Shown here piece by piece: positions 34,384-43,898 of a stretch of DNA of 64,000 bases; the first letter of the stretch is position 1, and each line of letters opens with the position of its first letter. Below the pieces are notes generated by a model. It saw nothing but the letters and a program-made list of their open reading frames with translations. It made no database searches and was not told the DNA's origin. Location: the IMG/VR virus record IMGVR_UViG_3300013006_000027, positions 1 through 64,000 of that record, one strand, 5' to 3'. Made by a program: the position numbers and the translations under genes. The DNA is from a virus.

Positions 34384-35025
34384 ATGAAGCCTAGAATAGC
34401 ATTATTCCTTAATGATCCAGAATGTTCGGTCATCTGTTGCGCTGGTATATATGAGGCACTATCTGAACAGTATGACATTCGTATCTTTACCAAACACGAC
34501 CTTACTACAAAAATTTTAAAAAAAGCTGATATTATTGCCTTTCCAGGTGGAATTGGTAATAGTGGTTCTTTTGAAGAATTACTTGAAGATAAAGTAGATA
34601 TAGTAAAAGAATACCTAGCCAAAGGTGGCAGATATCTTGGTATTTGCATGGGAGCTTATTGGGCAGGGCATTATTACTTTGATATATTGGATGGAATCAA
34701 GGTTGTACAATATATCAAACGCCGCGATACCGAAATCAAACGTAGTTATGCTACCGTAGCCGAAGTGAATTGGAATGATCATAAAGAAAATATGTATTTC
34801 TACGATGGGTGTGCCTTTATATGTAAACCACATAAACAGAAAACTATTGCTACTTACGCCAACGGTGATCCAATGGCTATTATGCAAAATAGAATTGGCT
34901 TGATTGGTTGTCATCCTGAATCATCATTATCATGGTATCGCCAACCCTATTTAAAACAATATTGGCACGAATTTCGGCACCATGAATTATTATTAAATTT
35001 TGTTAATGACTTAATGGAAAGGTAA
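34384..35025 (+). CDS. class I glutamine amidotransferase-like protein (BPL_N-like)
   Basis: FPGG, GGRYLGICMGAY nucleophile elbow, GCHPE. Confidence 0.85.
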   Translation: MKPRIALFLNDPECSVICCAGIYEALSEQYDIRIFTKHDLTTKILKKADIIAFPGGIGNSGSFEELLEDKVDIVKEYLAKGGRYLGICMGAYWAGHYYFDILDGIKVVQYIKRRDTEIKRSYATVAEVNWNDHKENMYFYDGCAFICKPHKQKTIATYANGDPMAIMQNRIGLIGCHPESSLSWYRQPYLKQYWHEFRHHELLLNFVNDLMER

Positions 35026-35111
35026 TGAATAGTAATCAATTTGATCGTATAATTGCTATTTGGGGTTGGATTATTATAATCATTGTGCTACATTATGAAT
35101 ATGGTAGGTAA
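35025..35111 (+). CDS. possible 28-aa membrane peptide
   Basis: TAATG overlap; MNSNQFDRIIAIWGWIIIIIVLHYEYGR*. Confidence 0.35.
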   Translation: MNSNQFDRIIAIWGWIIIIIVLHYEYGR

Positions 35112-35183
35112 ATTATGATCAGGGTCTATATAAAATGATTTGGAGTGCCATACTGGACAACAAAAAGATACCAAGGAAAAACA

Positions 35184-35396
35184 ATGAGTAAAATTGTACT
35201 AAGTTGTGGGCACGAGGTAAACGACTTTGATCACGCTTATCATATTATGACCAAAGGTACAGATCGTTATGGTGAACGGGCTATTGTATATCAAACTGTC
35301 TGCGGACCTTGTGAAGATCGTTATAGACAACAGGGACAGATTTTTGACTTTGAAGAAGTAGCACATCAGTGGGTTGGTAAGGATAATACCGTATAA
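35184..35396 (+). CDS. small Zn-ribbon-like hypothetical protein
   Basis: AAGGA RBS; LSCGH ... CGPC. Confidence 0.7.
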   Translation: MSKIVLSCGHEVNDFDHAYHIMTKGTDRYGERAIVYQTVCGPCEDRYRQQGQIFDFEEVAHQWVGKDNTV

Positions 35397-35425
35397 AAAC
35401 AATATTAAACCTTTAAGGAATAATT

Positions 35426-35587
35426 ATGAATATTGAATTGGATCGTGAAACAATTAGTGATGAATTATATAACAAACTTCTACAGCATTTTGTGAACAAG
35501 GCAGTGGCACAAGGTGTGTTTGTGACTAAACACACTAAATTCGAAGACTGGGTACTAACCTGTCGTGTAGAAAACACAGTGCATTGA
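35426..35587 (+). CDS. small hypothetical protein (53 aa, not in ORF track)
   Basis: AAGGA RBS; MNIELDRETISDELYNKLL...; TGA inside TTGACA at 35584. Confidence 0.6.
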   Translation: MNIELDRETISDELYNKLLQHFVNKAVAQGVFVTKHTKFEDWVLTCRVENTVH

Positions 35588-35612
35588 CAGGAATTCTGAA
35601 GCCGTGTATACT
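35584..35612 (+). promoter_or_regulatory. early promoter
   Basis: TTGACA-17-TATACT. Confidence 0.8.
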
Positions 35613-35641
35613 TACTAACTTAACTGAAAAAAGGACCTAAC

Positions 35642-35881
35642 ATGTACGACGATAACCTTTCCGAAGATGATTTTGCTAACCTAGATTTTTTGATTGAACT
35701 AGATCCTCAAGGACTACAGGCATGGTTAGACGCCGCAGATAATGATGATTTGGTTTATGCCTTAGAAATTCTTAGGCCACTGATTACCAATTTGACTCTC
35801 AAGGAATTGGCAATCATGGATTTGGTCACTAACACCGATTTGGCAGATGAGGTGGTGGATCGTATCCGTAAGCTTAAGTAA
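35642..35881 (+). CDS. acidic small hypothetical protein
   Basis: AAGGA RBS, 79 aa. Confidence 0.75.
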   Translation: MYDDNLSEDDFANLDFLIELDPQGLQAWLDAADNDDLVYALEILRPLITNLTLKELAIMDLVTNTDLADEVVDRIRKLK

Positions 35882-35891
35882 ATTTCTGCAT

Positions 35892-35945
35892 TTGACAATA
35901 AATAGACACGGGCGTATAATAGACTTATACGCTGAGAAAACGGAG
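35892..35945 (+). promoter_or_regulatory. repeated early promoter/RBS module
   Basis: TTGACA-ATAAAT..-TATAAT ... CTGAGAAAACGGAG. Confidence 0.88.
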
Positions 35946-35951
35946 TTACAA

Positions 35952-36146
35952 ATGAGCGCAATGAGCAATCTTTATACAGAAATCCAAGAACTCCTTGAAG
36001 AAGGATTGTTCCCAACGGTGATCGCAAGTCGGCTTGGTGTTCCTCTGAATTGGGTAGATCAGGTCCGTATGGATTTGGATCCCCCTGATCTGTCACCTGA
36101 CAGTGAGGAGCAGTTCCAAGACTACGATTCAGCTATCGCAGGTTGA
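35952..36146 (+). CDS. small protein with possible HTH
   Basis: ELLEEG..P..IASRLGVPLNWV; TGA inside next TTGACA. Confidence 0.7.
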   Translation: MSAMSNLYTEIQELLEEGLFPTVIASRLGVPLNWVDQVRMDLDPPDLSPDSEEQFQDYDSAIAG

Positions 36147-36196
36147 CAATAAATGGGTTTGGGTGTATAATATATACATACACTGAGAAAACGGAG
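36143..36196 (+). promoter_or_regulatory. repeated early promoter/RBS module
   Basis: TTGACAATAAATGGGTTTGGGTGTATAATATATACATACACTGAGAAAACGGAG. Confidence 0.9.
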
Positions 36197-36202
36197 TAAG
36201 TA

Positions 36203-36397
36203 ATGGTAACACAAACACTGTATAGCAACTCGGTAGATTTTTTTAGCCGATTTGAAGCCGACACTTTTTCTATGGAAATCTTGGATGACACTACTGGTAA
36301 CTGGGAAGGTTACATTGGCGTCGGTGGCGAACTGGTTCAGGCTGCAGGCTTCGATGCTAGCACCGGTAACGGCTGGTACGACGATACCCTGATTTGA
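36203..36397 (+). CDS. small acidic hypothetical protein
   Basis: Bounded by two nearly identical promoter modules; TGA inside next TTGACA. Confidence 0.7.
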   Translation: MVTQTLYSNSVDFFSRFEADTFSMEILDDTTGNWEGYIGVGGELVQAAGFDASTGNGWYDDTLI

Positions 36398-36447
36398 CAA
36401 TAAATGGTTTTGGCTGTATAATATACACATACACTGAGAAAACGGAG
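36394..36447 (+). promoter_or_regulatory. repeated early promoter/RBS module
   Basis: TTGACAATAAATGGTTTTGGCTGTATAATATACACATACACTGAGAAAACGGAG, three differences from the 36143 copy. Confidence 0.9.
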
Positions 36448-36453
36448 TAACAA

Positions 36454-37488
36454 GTGGCACAAGTTCTAGTCAAATACGGCGAGTACCGTAATCTTCCCGT
36501 GATCAATACTAAATTCACCCTTGTCAAGGATTTTCATCAGGGCAAGAAAGGTGCTTACATCACTGTTAAGAACGATGGGCAATTTCCAATCGCTATTAGC
36601 GTGGTTAAGGTTAAAGTAAATAATGTTATGAATGTAGAATATCTTGATGGAGAACCTGTAATGGCGCAAGCTGTGGAATTTAAAGCACTGAAAACCCCCG
36701 CGGTCGAGACCGAGCAAGAAGCAATGGATCGGATCGCTACCCGTTTTCAAATTCTTGATGACATGTCCAAGGCATGTATCAACGGCGATATCCGTGCAAT
36801 GATTGTGTCAGGTCCTCCAGGAGTTGGTAAGTCATTTGGTGTTGAGACCCAGTTGGAAAAGGCTGCAATGTTTGACAAAATTGCAGGCAAACGTGTACGC
36901 TTTGAAATTGTCAAAGGTGCAATGACTCCAATTGGACTGTACTGCACACTGTACAAGTACTCTGATCCAAAGAACGTCCTAGTATTTGACGATTGCGATT
37001 CGGTCTTCCAAGATGATTTGGCTCTGAACATTCTCAAGGCTGCTCTTGACAGTGGTAAACGTCGGCGCATTTGCTGGAACTCGGATAACTCTATGCTTCG
37101 CCGTGAGGGTATCCCCGAGTCATTTGAATTCAAAGGTTCGGCAATTTTTATCACTAACTTGAAATTTGAGAACCTCAAATCCAAGAAATTGCAAGATCAC
37201 CTCGAGGCTCTGCAAAGTCGTTGTCACTTTCTTGACCTAACGATTGATACGGAGCGTGATAAGATTCTTCGGATCAAACAGGTTCATCGTGATTGTGACG
37301 GTGGATTGTTTAAAGACTATGATTTTGAAGGTGACGAGGGCGATCAAATCCTAAACTTCATGGAATCAAATAAGTCTAAACTCCGTGAATTGTCGCTACG
37401 CATGGCACTAAAGATTGCGGATCTGACTAAAGTGTCATCTTCAAACTGGCGTGTACTTGCGGAAAGCACTGTGATGAAACGCGGTTGA
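36454..37488 (+). CDS. AAA+/P-loop ATPase
   Basis: GPPGVGKS, VLVFDDCD, IFITN, ALQSR, ELSLR. Confidence 0.85.
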   Translation: MAQVLVKYGEYRNLPVINTKFTLVKDFHQGKKGAYITVKNDGQFPIAISVVKVKVNNVMNVEYLDGEPVMAQAVEFKALKTPAVETEQEAMDRIATRFQILDDMSKACINGDIRAMIVSGPPGVGKSFGVETQLEKAAMFDKIAGKRVRFEIVKGAMTPIGLYCTLYKYSDPKNVLVFDDCDSVFQDDLALNILKAALDSGKRRRICWNSDNSMLRREGIPESFEFKGSAIFITNLKFENLKSKKLQDHLEALQSRCHFLDLTIDTERDKILRIKQVHRDCDGGLFKDYDFEGDEGDQILNFMESNKSKLRELSLRMALKIADLTKVSSSNWRVLAESTVMKRG

Positions 37489-37515
37489 TAATTTTCTCTC
37501 TCTGAAGTGGTTTTT

Positions 37516-37541
37516 AGGGGGATTTAAATCCCCCTTTTTTT
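37516..37541 (+). terminator. intrinsic terminator
   Basis: agggggatt-ta-aatccccc-ttttttt. Confidence 0.85.
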
Positions 37542-37586
37542 GCCTTTTAACTTGAATAATTTTTTGGATGAGTGTATAATCTATCG

Positions 37587-38354
37587 ATGATAACAGGCAC
37601 CGTTAAGATAATAATTGACAATGATAAGATTTTAATGAGCTTACCATTTTCAAAAACATTTATTAAGGACTTGCGAAGTCAGGAAATCTTTGGTTTATAT
37701 TGGAATTCTGATGCTGTTAGATATGAAACAATATTTTCAACCGATACGTTAAAAAAACTAATCAATACCGTATCTAATCATTTTTCTACTATAGAATATT
37801 GTTCAAATGCAACCAGTGTTATTGATTGTATTAATGAATACACCTCGATTAAATATTGGCAACCTACATTAGTTTGTAGGAATGGTTTTCACTATATTGC
37901 GGCTAGTAATCAACATTTAGATGATGCAATAAAAGATATTCCGTTAAATAGTAATATAAAAACACTTTCGCTACTGGCAGAATACGGAATTGCAATTGAT
38001 CAACAATTAATTGGGTCCGATAATAAATTAATCTTTGCATCTAATTATTATGCTCAATTTGATTATAATAATACAGAGTGTATAACGTATTGGTTAAAGG
38101 AAATCGAGTGCGATTGTGTTATATTTGCAAGCAGACCTTATACTACCGTTGGTACATTTTTATACAATGAGTGTATAAAACAAGGATTACATGTTACTAT
38201 AATGCATGATGAATTGAATTTAGATTTGGAATACAAACAAGTTAAACGGCCGGTTATGATTAGATTTTTGTCTAACCAATATCCGTTCCCCCATAGTTTA
38301 AATATTAAAAAGGTAATTAAAATTACCAATTCTTTACCGGTTGATGTTAAATGA
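37587..38354 (+). CDS. hypothetical protein upstream of UvsW
   Basis: TTGAAT-17-TATAAT (37552-37580) favours start at ATG 37587. Confidence 0.7.
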   Translation: MITGTVKIIIDNDKILMSLPFSKTFIKDLRSQEIFGLYWNSDAVRYETIFSTDTLKKLINTVSNHFSTIEYCSNATSVIDCINEYTSIKYWQPTLVCRNGFHYIAASNQHLDDAIKDIPLNSNIKTLSLLAEYGIAIDQQLIGSDNKLIFASNYYAQFDYNNTECITYWLKEIECDCVIFASRPYTTVGTFLYNECIKQGLHVTIMHDELNLDLEYKQVKRPVMIRFLSNQYPFPHSLNIKKVIKITNSLPVDVK

Positions 38355-39808
38355 AGCAAGTTAAACTAGAAATAAAAGACGAAGTTAATTGTAAATTTGT
38401 CGGTCTAGAACTTAGTGAACGTAAAGCCCTTGTAAAAATGTTTGAATACGAGATACCTGGTGCAAGATATTTACCAAGTGTCCGTTTAGGTAGATGGAAT
38501 GGAAAAGTCAGCTATTTTAGTTTAGGTGGTAGTACATTCATCAATCTATTGCCTGAAATTATTCCTATATTGGATCGTGCTGGATACGACATTGAGTTGG
38601 AAGATATTAGAGAATATCGTACAAACTTTGAATTCAACCAAGTGTCTGAATCTACCTTTTCTCATAAAGTTTGGCCCAAAGGTCATCCTAAAGTAGGTGA
38701 GCCAATTGTACTTAGAGATTATCAGATACAAATTATTAATGACTTTTTAACTAATCCGCAAAGTCTACAAGAAATTGCAACTGGTGCAGGTAAGACTATC
38801 ATGACTGCCGCACTAAGTTACAGTATTGAAAAATACGGTCGTAGTATTGTAATCGTTCCAAATAAAAGTCTAGTTACACAAACTGAAGCAGATTATAAAA
38901 ACCTTGAACTAGATGTTGGTGTTTATTTTGGAGATAGAAAAGAAATAGGAAGAACTCATACTATATGTACTTGGCAAAGCCTTAACAATATGCTTAAAAA
39001 AACAAAAGCAGACGAGGCTGAAGTTCCAATTGGTGAATTTTTAGATGGTGTGGTATGTGTAATGGTTGATGAAGTACATCAAGCAAAAGCCGATGCTCTT
39101 AAAACATTATTAACTGGAGTAATGTCACATATCCCAATTCGTTGGGGATTGACTGGAACTATACCTAAAGCTAAATTTGAAGCACAGGCTTTGTTTGTTA
39201 GTTTAGGTCCCGTAATAAATAAACTCTCAGCTAGCGAATTACAAGATCAGGGAGTTCTTGCTAGGTGTCATGTTAACATTGTTCAATTGCAAGATAAGGT
39301 TGAATTTTCAAATTATCAAAGTGAATTAAAACATCTACTTGAAGACAAAAATAGATTAGATAAAATTGCAGACTTGATAGATAAGATTAAAGATTCAGGT
39401 AATACATTAATTTTAGTAGATAGGGTTAACGCAGGAAATGAAATCGTAAGTAGAATCCCCGACAGTGTTTTTATAAGTGGCGAAACAAAACTTACAGAGA
39501 GAAAGGATGAGTATGATAGTGTGGCGACTAGCAATGGAAAGGTTATTGTGGCGACTTACGGTGTGGCCGCTGTGGGTATTAATATCCCCCGCATTTTTAA
39601 TTTGGTTCTTATTGAGCCCGGAAAAAGCTTTGTCCGTGTTATACAAAGTATCGGGCGAGGCATTAGAAAGGCAGAGGACAAGGATCACGTAATGATTTGG
39701 GATATTACCTCTTCATGTAAATTTGCCAAACGTCATTTGACCCAACGAAAAGCTTTTTATAACGAAGCAAACTATCCTTTTGATGTTGAAAAATTAAATT
39801 ATAAATGA
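38351..39808 (+). CDS. uvsW: SF2 DNA helicase (UvsW-like)
   Basis: LRDYQ, ATGAGKT, VDEVH, GLTGT, GINIP, QSIGRGIR. Confidence 0.92.
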   Translation: MKQVKLEIKDEVNCKFVGLELSERKALVKMFEYEIPGARYLPSVRLGRWNGKVSYFSLGGSTFINLLPEIIPILDRAGYDIELEDIREYRTNFEFNQVSESTFSHKVWPKGHPKVGEPIVLRDYQIQIINDFLTNPQSLQEIATGAGKTIMTAALSYSIEKYGRSIVIVPNKSLVTQTEADYKNLELDVGVYFGDRKEIGRTHTICTWQSLNNMLKKTKADEAEVPIGEFLDGVVCVMVDEVHQAKADALKTLLTGVMSHIPIRWGLTGTIPKAKFEAQALFVSLGPVINKLSASELQDQGVLARCHVNIVQLQDKVEFSNYQSELKHLLEDKNRLDKIADLIDKIKDSGNTLILVDRVNAGNEIVSRIPDSVFISGETKLTERKDEYDSVATSNGKVIVATYGVAAVGINIPRIFNLVLIEPGKSFVRVIQSIGRGIRKAEDKDHVMIWDITSSCKFAKRHLTQRKAFYNEANYPFDVEKLNYK

Positions 39809-39820
39809 TATACTATTAAA

Positions 39821-40321
39821 ATGAACATACTTCTCTTAGACAATACCAAATACAATCTAGAAAATCTTCCTGATGAAATTGACGATCTTAGGTTTGCTAT
39901 ACTAGACAACAGTAATCCTAGCAACGTAGACTATCATTATATCCCACTAATCTTTTTAGAAAGCTTTAATAGTCCTGCGCTTGTACTACAAGTTGGCGAA
40001 CATAAAATTAAAATGCCAGTAGATTGGCAAATATTGATCGGTGAAAAAGAACATGGTGATTTAGAAACACTACCACTGACTAGTATTAACGATAGAGGTT
40101 TTAGTGCATTTGAGTTTAATCCACTTTCATCATTTAGTCCTAGCTTTTTACCAATCGAGATAGTGGATATCTACCATGATGTAACTTGGTATGCACCTAG
40201 ATTAAAGAATGGTCAATTTTTGTGTGTTCCATTAGAGCCCGGCCCTAAACCCCAGTGTGCTTATTTTGTAAAAGAAGTAAGTCGTAATTGTGAATTGGTT
40301 GATTACAATCAGGCGTTTTAA
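39821..40321 (+). CDS. hypothetical protein
   Basis: 166 aa, coupled to the next gene. Confidence 0.8.
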   Translation: MNILLLDNTKYNLENLPDEIDDLRFAILDNSNPSNVDYHYIPLIFLESFNSPALVLQVGEHKIKMPVDWQILIGEKEHGDLETLPLTSINDRGFSAFEFNPLSSFSPSFLPIEIVDIYHDVTWYAPRLKNGQFLCVPLEPGPKPQCAYFVKEVSRNCELVDYNQAF

Positions 40322-40908
40322 TGGCAAAAGAAAAAGTAGCTAGTGACGAAAAATTTGACAAACAAGATTTTGACTTGTTTGAAGCCCTTACTGCTTTGGA
40401 TAAAAAAGACTATGGGTATTATGATAGGTTAACTACAGAACAGCAAAAGAAGTTTGTACCTTTTATGATGCTACACTGGATGAGTGCTATCAAAGGTTCA
40501 AGTGATTTGCAAAGGTATTACTTACAAAGTATAGACTATCATGCTAATAAATATTTCCTTAATGAATCTATTTCTAAACATCCTAAATTACAATGGCTAA
40601 TGTTGTGTGCTAGTAGTCCAGGACTAGGAAAACAGTTTCATCAATGGATTCCTCATATTAAAGATAGAGTAAGTAAACTAAAAGAACCTGCTAAAGCAAA
40701 AGATACTAAAGAATATTTTACTAAAATTTATCCTAAAGCTAACAAGGATGAATTACAAGAAATCACTAGTGCATTTGTTGAATCACAAAATCGTAAGATG
40801 CATTTAGCTAAATTATTCCCTAATCTAAAGCTACAAGATATTGAAGTTTTAAATACATTGATTACCGATGATGATATTAACAACTATGAAAGAGACTCAG
40901 GAAACTAA
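40321..40908 (+). CDS. putative clamp-loader small subunit (T4 gp62-like)
   Basis: F.PFMM..WMS...N...HPKLQW..L...KQFH.WI pattern; size and replication-cluster context. Confidence 0.5.
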   Translation: MAKEKVASDEKFDKQDFDLFEALTALDKKDYGYYDRLTTEQQKKFVPFMMLHWMSAIKGSSDLQRYYLQSIDYHANKYFLNESISKHPKLQWLMLCASSPGLGKQFHQWIPHIKDRVSKLKEPAKAKDTKEYFTKIYPKANKDELQEITSAFVESQNRKMHLAKLFPNLKLQDIEVLNTLITDDDINNYERDSGN

Positions 40909-41584
40909 ATCTCCTTATTCATGTGAGTTTTGTAAGAGATCGTTTATTAGAGAATCCACGGTGCTCAAACATATATGTGAGTATAAACATCGTTGGATGG
41001 ATAAAGATAAGCAAGGCAATAGATTAGGTTTTCAGTCTTGGGTAGAATTTTATAAGAAGAATTCTACCAGTAAAAAACAAAAAACATATGAAGAATTTAT
41101 TCGTAGTGCATATTATATTGCGTTTGTAAAATTTGGATCATATTGTATAGATGTAAATGTATTAAATGTTAGTAGGTATATTGATTGGTTGTTGAAAAAC
41201 CAAATTAAAATTGATTCATGGTGTCAAGATTCTAACTATACTAAATTTCTTATTGAGTATTTGCGTATAGAAGATCCTATGGATGCTATAGCCAGAAGTA
41301 TTGAAACTACTATCAACCTGGCAGAAGTTGAAAGAATTCTTAGCAAAGATTATCTAAGATATGGTAATTCAAATAAAATTTGCTATGCAATTACTACAGG
41401 TAAATTGAGTCCTTGGATTCTTTATCATAGTGCTAGTGGAAAAGAGTTCTTAGACAAACTAGATGAATCGCAAATTAAAATGATCATTGACTATTTGAAT
41501 CCTGAACTATGGGCAATTAAATTTAAACGAGAACCTGAAAAGGTTGATGAAGTTAAATCATTACTAACATTAGCAGGTTATTAA
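40886..41584 (+). CDS. hypothetical protein with N-terminal Zn finger
   Basis: CEFCKRSF.RE....KHIC. Confidence 0.75.
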   Translation: MKETQETKSPYSCEFCKRSFIRESTVLKHICEYKHRWMDKDKQGNRLGFQSWVEFYKKNSTSKKQKTYEEFIRSAYYIAFVKFGSYCIDVNVLNVSRYIDWLLKNQIKIDSWCQDSNYTKFLIEYLRIEDPMDAIARSIETTINLAEVERILSKDYLRYGNSNKICYAITTGKLSPWILYHSASGKEFLDKLDESQIKMIIDYLNPELWAIKFKREPEKVDEVKSLLTLAGY

Positions 41585-41781
41585 TGTCAGATAAACATAA
41601 GGTAAGAATTCCGTGGCGTAAGGGTATGACATTAACAGCTTGGGATGAGATTTGTATTTGGGCTCTTAAAAATTATGGTACACCGGGCTCTAAATATGTA
41701 ACAACCCTGACCGAAGATTATATGGATTTTTTATTTTCAGATGAAAAGGATGCCATACATTTCTCATTAAGATGGTTATGA
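41584..41781 (+). CDS. small F.L.W-family protein
   Basis: W...YG ... FLFSDEKDAIHFSLRWL. Confidence 0.75.
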   Translation: MSDKHKVRIPWRKGMTLTAWDEICIWALKNYGTPGSKYVTTLTEDYMDFLFSDEKDAIHFSLRWL

Positions 41782-42041
41782 CTACCATTAGACCTTTTCA
41801 AGATTATGATGATAATGATCCAAATATTCAACAAAGGGCTAATCGTTGGAAGTATTGGGAAGCATTAAAAACCATACGTAAAGAATATATGGAATCAAAA
41901 AGTGGATTTGATGCATATGAGTTTGAAGATTACTTATTAAATAGGTATGGTATACGAATGAATTTAGTAAGTGGTAATATTACAGATGGATATGAAATAG
42001 TTGATGAAAAAAAATATCTGATATTTTTATTAAAATTTTAA
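41772..42041 (+). CDS. small hypothetical protein
   Basis: Ends DEKKYLIFLLKF. Confidence 0.7.
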   Translation: MVMTTIRPFQDYDDNDPNIQQRANRWKYWEALKTIRKEYMESKSGFDAYEFEDYLLNRYGIRMNLVSGNITDGYEIVDEKKYLIFLLKF

Positions 42042-42253
42042 TGACGGCTGTAATAATAGAAAATAAAAGTAGTAGTGAAATCAGTAGTATTATACATGAA
42101 TTAAAAACACATGGGTTAATTGCTAATGAACATTATGAATTTAGATACTTTCCCGGTACTTGGGATCCTATGCTGGGTGAAATCCCAAAAAAGTGTGAAT
42201 TTAATTTCAAAGATGATAAACTAGCTAGTTGGTTCATGTTGATATGGGGATAG
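42041..42253 (+). CDS. small F.L.W-family protein
   Basis: Ends FNFKDDKLASWFMLIWG. Confidence 0.72.
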   Translation: MTAVIIENKSSSEISSIIHELKTHGLIANEHYEFRYFPGTWDPMLGEIPKKCEFNFKDDKLASWFMLIWG

Positions 42254-42489
42254 CATACAATTATTATGAAGGGGTTACTTGGGAATTGACCAAAGTAGGA
42301 TGGTACGAATGTTGCATCAATTCAGAAAGAGTAGATAGATTTGATCATTTTTCTAATATAATTGAATGGTTGCATGAAAAAATTGATAAGTGTGAACGTC
42401 ATTCTAGATGGATATTGACTCATACAGACATGTGTTTTAAATTTAGGTATGAACGTGATTATTTGCTTTTCATGTTAAGGTGGGGATGA
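42244..42489 (+). CDS. small F.L.W-family protein
   Basis: Start trimmed to MGIAYN; ends FKFRYERDYLLFMLRWG. Confidence 0.72.
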   Translation: MGIAYNYYEGVTWELTKVGWYECCINSERVDRFDHFSNIIEWLHEKIDKCERHSRWILTHTDMCFKFRYERDYLLFMLRWG

Positions 42490-42680
42490 AATTACTAAAG
42501 GCTAATCAAGCTGATAGTCTAGTAGTCATCATAAGAGATTATGAATTTTTTGATGGAGACACTACTGAAGCTATGGATGAATGGTGTTGGCAAACATTTG
42601 GTTATCATCCTAGAGAAGGCATGGTAATGACATTTCGTGAACCTAGCCATACCAATTGGTTTATGTTGAGATGGGGATAG
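42486..42680 (+). CDS. small F.L.W-family protein
   Basis: ATGA overlap; WCWQTFG ... FREPSHTNWFMLRWG. Confidence 0.72.
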   Translation: MKLLKANQADSLVVIIRDYEFFDGDTTEAMDEWCWQTFGYHPREGMVMTFREPSHTNWFMLRWG

Positions 42681-42919
42681 AGAATAAATCGCGCCGAAAA
42701 AAATCAACAGATGATTGGCATACAGTGATTACTGGAAAAGAAAATCACTGGCAGGCAACTCAATGGTGTACTGAACAATTTGGCCGACGCTGGGGTGTTG
42801 TAGATAATCGAGATGGTATATGGTGTTGCTTTTGGGCTGGTCGAGAACAATTTAGTTCTTATAAATGGTATTTTGAAAATGAGTATGATATTATTTGGTT
42901 TACATTGAGGTGGGCATGA
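42671..42919 (+). CDS. small F.L.W-family protein
   Basis: WCTEQFG ... FENEYDIIWFTLRWA. Confidence 0.72.
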   Translation: MGIENKSRRKKSTDDWHTVITGKENHWQATQWCTEQFGRRWGVVDNRDGIWCCFWAGREQFSSYKWYFENEYDIIWFTLRWA

Positions 42920-43335
42920 ATAAACAATTACAAAACATAGACAACATTGGAAACACTTTAGTTGGTGTATTCCATAGAATCGCACTATTTGGCATAGGAG
43001 CTGCTACAATATGGGCAGCTGGATCAGATTTTATAGAAATGTTTAGCCAAACTCGTGCTAGTATTGATGACCTATTACTACTGTTTATCTATTTAGAAAT
43101 TGGGGCTATGGTTGGCATATATTTCAAAACCAACCATATGCCAGTGCGTTTTCTAATTTATATTGCTATTACAGCACTAACCCGGCACATGGTAGATTTG
43201 GTGGCAATTGGGGATGAATCTATGACAAATATATTGACATTGGCAGGGGCAACTCTTATACTTGCTATTAGCTTGTTGCTGATTAGAATGGCCAGTAGTA
43301 AATATCCTAGTAACCAACATGAGGATTTAGGATAA
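42916..43335 (+). CDS. psiE: phosphate-starvation-inducible PsiE-family membrane protein
   Basis: Four TM segments; DLLLLFIYLEIGAMVGIYFKTNHMPVRFLIYIAITALTR. Confidence 0.85.
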   Translation: MNKQLQNIDNIGNTLVGVFHRIALFGIGAATIWAAGSDFIEMFSQTRASIDDLLLLFIYLEIGAMVGIYFKTNHMPVRFLIYIAITALTRHMVDLVAIGDESMTNILTLAGATLILAISLLLIRMASSKYPSNQHEDLG

Positions 43336-43898
43336 TGAAATTTAAATCAGATGTAGATATTGACTTTGGAGATAGAGACTCTATTCTTCGGTATATTAAG
43401 CATACTCCTGCAGCTATGCGTAAAGTTAATCCTATAAGAAAACATGCTACAGGAATTTATGTAACAGATATTCCATATGATCCAATGAATCACATGGCTG
43501 CTATTGATTATGCAGATGCAGAAAATAGAGGTTATTTAAAATTAGATTTTCTTAATGTTCATGTTTACAATAAAGTAAAAAGTGAAGAACATTTAATTGA
43601 ATTGATGAGAGAACCTGATTGGTCTAATTTAAAAAATAAAGCTTTTGTAGAACAGTTAATTCATTTGAATAATCATTATAATTCAATACAAAAGATGCCT
43701 GAACCTATTAATAGTATACCTAGGTTAGCTATGTTTTTAGCTGTTATTAGACCTGCTAAAAAACATTTGATTGGTAGAACTTGGAATGAAATCGCAAAAA
43801 CTGTATGGGATAAGGGAGATGATGGATATCATTTTAAGAAGGCGCATGCCATTTCCTATTCATGGCTCGTAGCAGTGCATATGAATTTATTAGGGTAA
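43335..43898 (+). CDS. miniature DNA polymerase III alpha (DnaE)-like protein
   Basis: SDVDIDF, KHATGIY, GYLKLDFL, AVIRP, YHFKKAHAISY are collinear with DnaE motifs in only 187 aa. Confidence 0.75.
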   Translation: MKFKSDVDIDFGDRDSILRYIKHTPAAMRKVNPIRKHATGIYVTDIPYDPMNHMAAIDYADAENRGYLKLDFLNVHVYNKVKSEEHLIELMREPDWSNLKNKAFVEQLIHLNNHYNSIQKMPEPINSIPRLAMFLAVIRPAKKHLIGRTWNEIAKTVWDKGDDGYHFKKAHAISYSWLVAVHMNLLG

